DNA of 64,000 nucleotides from Stegostoma tigrinum (Eukaryota), in assembly GCF_030684315.1 (NCBI RefSeq), contig NC_081365.1, positions 77,166,127 through 77,230,126 of the forward strand, in the 5' to 3' direction. Below the pieces are notes generated by a model, which saw nothing but the letters and a program-made list of their open reading frames with translations, did no database searches and was not told where the DNA came from. A program made the position numbers and the translations under genes. Below, in pieces: positions 60,905 to 64,000 of the stretch. Numbering within the stretch: position 1 is the first letter of the stretch; every line of letters begins with the position of its first letter.

Positions 60905-61315
60905 ATAATAAAATGTGAGGCTGGATGAACACAGCAGACCAAGCAGCATCTCAGGAGCACAAAAGCTGACGTTTCGGGCCTAGACCCTTGATCAGAGAGG
61001 GGGATGGGGGGAGGGAACTGGAATAAATAGGGAGAGAGGGGGAGGCGGACCGAAGATGGAGAGTAAAGAAGATAGGTGGAGAGGGTGTAGGTGGGGAGGT
61101 AGGGAGGGGATAGGTCAGTCCAGGGAAGACGGACAGGTCAAGGAGGTGGGATGAGGTTAGTAGGTAGCTGGGGATGCGGCTTGGGGTGGGAGGAAGGGAT
61201 GGGTGAGAGGAAGAACCGGTTAGGGAGGCAGAGACAGGTTGGACTGGTTTTGGGAGCTGGGGATGCGGCTTGGGGTGGGAGGAAGGGATGGGTGAGAGGA
61301 AGAACCGGTTACAAG
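60905..61315 (-). mobile_element. Penelope terminal-repeat insertion private to copy B intron; hammerhead core mutated (CUGAUCA)
   Basis: Absent from left arm (empty site at ~56547-56550); caag at 60901-60904 and 61312-61315; internal ~55-bp duplication at its end. Confidence 0.85.
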
Positions 61316-64000
61316 CAGCATTCAGGCCTAGACCCTTCCTGCTCCTCTGATGCTGCTTGGCCTGCTGTGTTCATCCAGCTCTACACCTTGTTACCTCAGA
61401 TTCTCCAGCATCTGCAGTTCCTACTATCTCTGAAATATCATCAATAGGGTTTTGAGGGAAAATTTAATGAGGAGGAAATGTCAGGAAAGAGCTGCTGACA
61501 GGATGAGAGAAACAAAATTTGTGAGGAACCCGGAGCAGGGGATAACCATTGGCAGGGATTGCAGAGCGGCAGGATCCCGTGCCTGTGGTAAACCCTGTAT
61601 CCCCTGCCTGTAGTAAATTCTGAATGACACTCCATACCCCGGAAGGGGGCTGCACTGCTCCTGTCCTGTTGAGGAATGTGGGAGGCTCTGTTATCACTTC
61701 TGGCTGGGTATCAATGACTGGTGAATGTATTTGAGCCTTTAATTGTTATCACAACTTTACCTTAACTGGTAGACCCCCATCCGCTTTGGTGTAGGGGTGG
61801 GCTGTCAATCGGGGAGTCCCTGTTTCCTTTGGGAGGGCTGGGGGACAGCTCTGTCTGAGTTCCTGAGGCAAGTGGTGTCTGTGTGGGCTTGGCATTACCA
61901 GGGAGGAGGGAGGTCAGCCTGGGGTTTGTGTCACCTGGAAACGAGGGGTGAGGAGGGGAATTTGTTGTCAACTTGGGGTCAGTATGCAACTCTGTGTTGG
62001 AGGGATCAGCCTGGGGTCAGCGTGCCCACCCAGAGGGCTGTTTTGATCTGCCCCATTTGCTGGTTGTGCAGATGTTTAACATTCGGGAACATGTGTTCAG
62101 GTGTTTTCCCTCCCTCTCTTTTAAATCTGCTGTTGCCTCAGAAAAACAACTGTTGGCCTGAACAAGCATCCAAACCTTCCCCTTGACCCCATCTCCCATT
62201 TACCTCCAGATTCCATTTCACCTTCACCCACCCCCACCCCCACACCTTCCTATTTCTATCTCTCTGATCACACTGACAGCTCCTGTCTCTTTCTCTATCA
62301 GCACCACCTCCCTCCACTCCCCCATGGTCTCCAAATCGTCACTTATTTACATATCTGTTCACAAACTTGGTGTCACATCTGACCCCAAGATGAGCTTCCA
62401 ATCTCCTCACTGAAACCAGTAATTTTTTTTATTTGAAAAAATATACTTTATTCATAAGATGTACACAAAATAAACCATATTTATACACCTACCCAGTCAT
62501 GCAAGCCGCTCCGGGTTACCCAGGGGGTACGTACACCAACTAAAGGAAAAAAAAACAAACAAAGAAGAAAAAAGAAACAAAGCAAAGAAAATACCCCAGC
62601 AGTCGTCACCCCGCACAGTCCCCGTTGGCCCCCTGACCAGTTGGGGAAGATGCCAGCTGGGCCCAGTTACCAGATAGGGCCCTTTTTTTCGATTCTGGAC
62701 AAGGCGTTTCATACCATGGTCTTTCCCCACCGCGCCTTGGCGGCGGCTGCCCCAAGCTTTAGCGGGTCCCTCAGCACGTAGTCCTGGGCCTTGGAGTGCG
62801 CCAGTCTGCAACATTCGGTTGGGGTCAGTTCTTTCAGCTGGCAGACCAGCAAGTTACAGGCAGACCAAAGAGCGTCTTTCTCACTGAAACCAGTAATTTC
62901 CACCTACAAGATGTCAAGAGGCTTGGAATATAAAAGCAGCGATGTGCTTCTGAGGCTTTGTAAGGCTCTAGTTAGGCCCCATTTAGAATATTGTGTCCAA
63001 TTTTGGGCCCCACACCTCAGGAAGGACATACTAGCCCTGGAGCGTGTCCAACGGAGATTCACACGGATGATCCCTGGAATGGTAGGTTTAATGTATGTTG
63101 AACGGCTAAGGATCCTGGGATTGTGCTCATTAGAGTTTAGAAGGTTGAGGGGAGATCTAATAGAAACTTGCAAGATAATGTATGGTTTAGAAGGGGTGGA
63201 CGCTAGGAAGTTGTTTCCATTAGGTCGGGAGACTAGGACCTGTGGGCACAGCCTTAAAATTAGAGGGGGGTAAATTTAAAACTGAAATGAGACGACATTT
63301 CTTCAGCCAGAGAGTGGTGGGCTTGTGGAATTCATTACCGCGGAGTGCAGTGGAGGCCGGGACGTTGGATGCCTTCAAGGTAGAGATCGACAAATTCTTG
63401 ATCTCAGAAGGAATTAAGGGCTACGGGGAGAGTGCAGGGAAGTGGAGTTGAAATGCCCATCAGCCATGATTTAAATGGCGGAGTGGACTTGATGGACCGA
63501 ATAGCTTTACTTCCACTCCTATGTCTTATGGTCTTATGGTCCTGTCTGAGATCATTTGCTGCTGAAATTCTCATCCAACTCCAGACTTGGCTATTCTCAC
63601 ATACTCCTGGCTCCTGTCTGACGTACAATCCTCTGGAAGTTCGATTATCCAAGATGCTGTTTCCTTTGCCTTAATTTGCAGCCAGTCTGTTTCCTTATCT
63701 GTCCTTCTGCTGTCTGATCTACAGCAGCTCCTGCTCAAGCGACATCTCAGTTGTTTAAAAAGAATTCTCATCTTGCTTTTCAGATCCCTCCATGGCCTTG
63801 CCCCTCCCTCTTTCTGTTTTCTCCTCCAATTCCAAAACCCTCTGAGATATCAGCATTCTCTCGCCTCTTGTTGCATTCCGAGTTTCAATGGCTCTGTCAC
63901 TGGTGGCCGTGCATTCAGTTGCATCAGCCGCAGGCTCTGAGGTTTCCTGATTCTCAAGATTGCTTTAATTGATTTAAATGAAACGTATTTCCTTGGCTGA

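Larger units (their letters stand above)
60057..64000 (+). repeat. Right arm of large inverted duplication (continues beyond window)
   Basis: Mirror of 53863-57392 plus a ~411-bp private insertion. Confidence 0.97.

Noticed and set aside
60966-60998. Active hammerheads at 60966-60998, 36650-36702, 37073-37093, ~50357-50378 and ~51154-51185
   Set aside because: Each has a lesion in the conserved core or stem II (G8 to C, lost C3, G12 change, stem II deletion), so they are treated as relics.

Overview
Repeat-rich vertebrate DNA, almost certainly from a shark (HE1/V-SINEs, CR1, L2, Rex1, Tx1 and Penelope-like elements; an orectolobiform species is my guess). Three host gene units are readable. 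(1) Exon 1 of a rhodopsin kinase, GRK1 (GRK1B-like), on the minus strand; the other exons were not found in the window. (2) A complete 7-exon, 285-aa P-type ATPase beta subunit of the gastric H+/K+ type (ATP4B-like), minus strand, 18893-38893; all exons were located by hand and are phase-compatible. (3) A Vg1/GDF1/GDF3/derriere-type TGF-beta gene (2 exons, 365 aa, minus strand) inside a large inverted duplication. A second copy is transcribed divergently from 60466 and runs off the window end. The promoters and first exons of the two copies look sequence-identical while their introns have diverged, and a 47-bp relic of a third exon-1 copy lies in the 2.7-kb spacer. The window also carries many Penelope-like terminal repeats with minimal hammerhead ribozyme cores (CUGANGA...GAAACGUH). 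Several form fold-back mini-elements whose symmetry axis falls inside the ribozyme. Intact cores lie in the sense direction in the ATP4B-like intron 1 and just downstream of the GDF poly(A) signal. A 5S rRNA fragment is joined to a tRNA-derived SINE. All calls come from reading the sequence and recalling protein families; no searches were run, and transposon boundaries are approximate unless a TSD is quoted.
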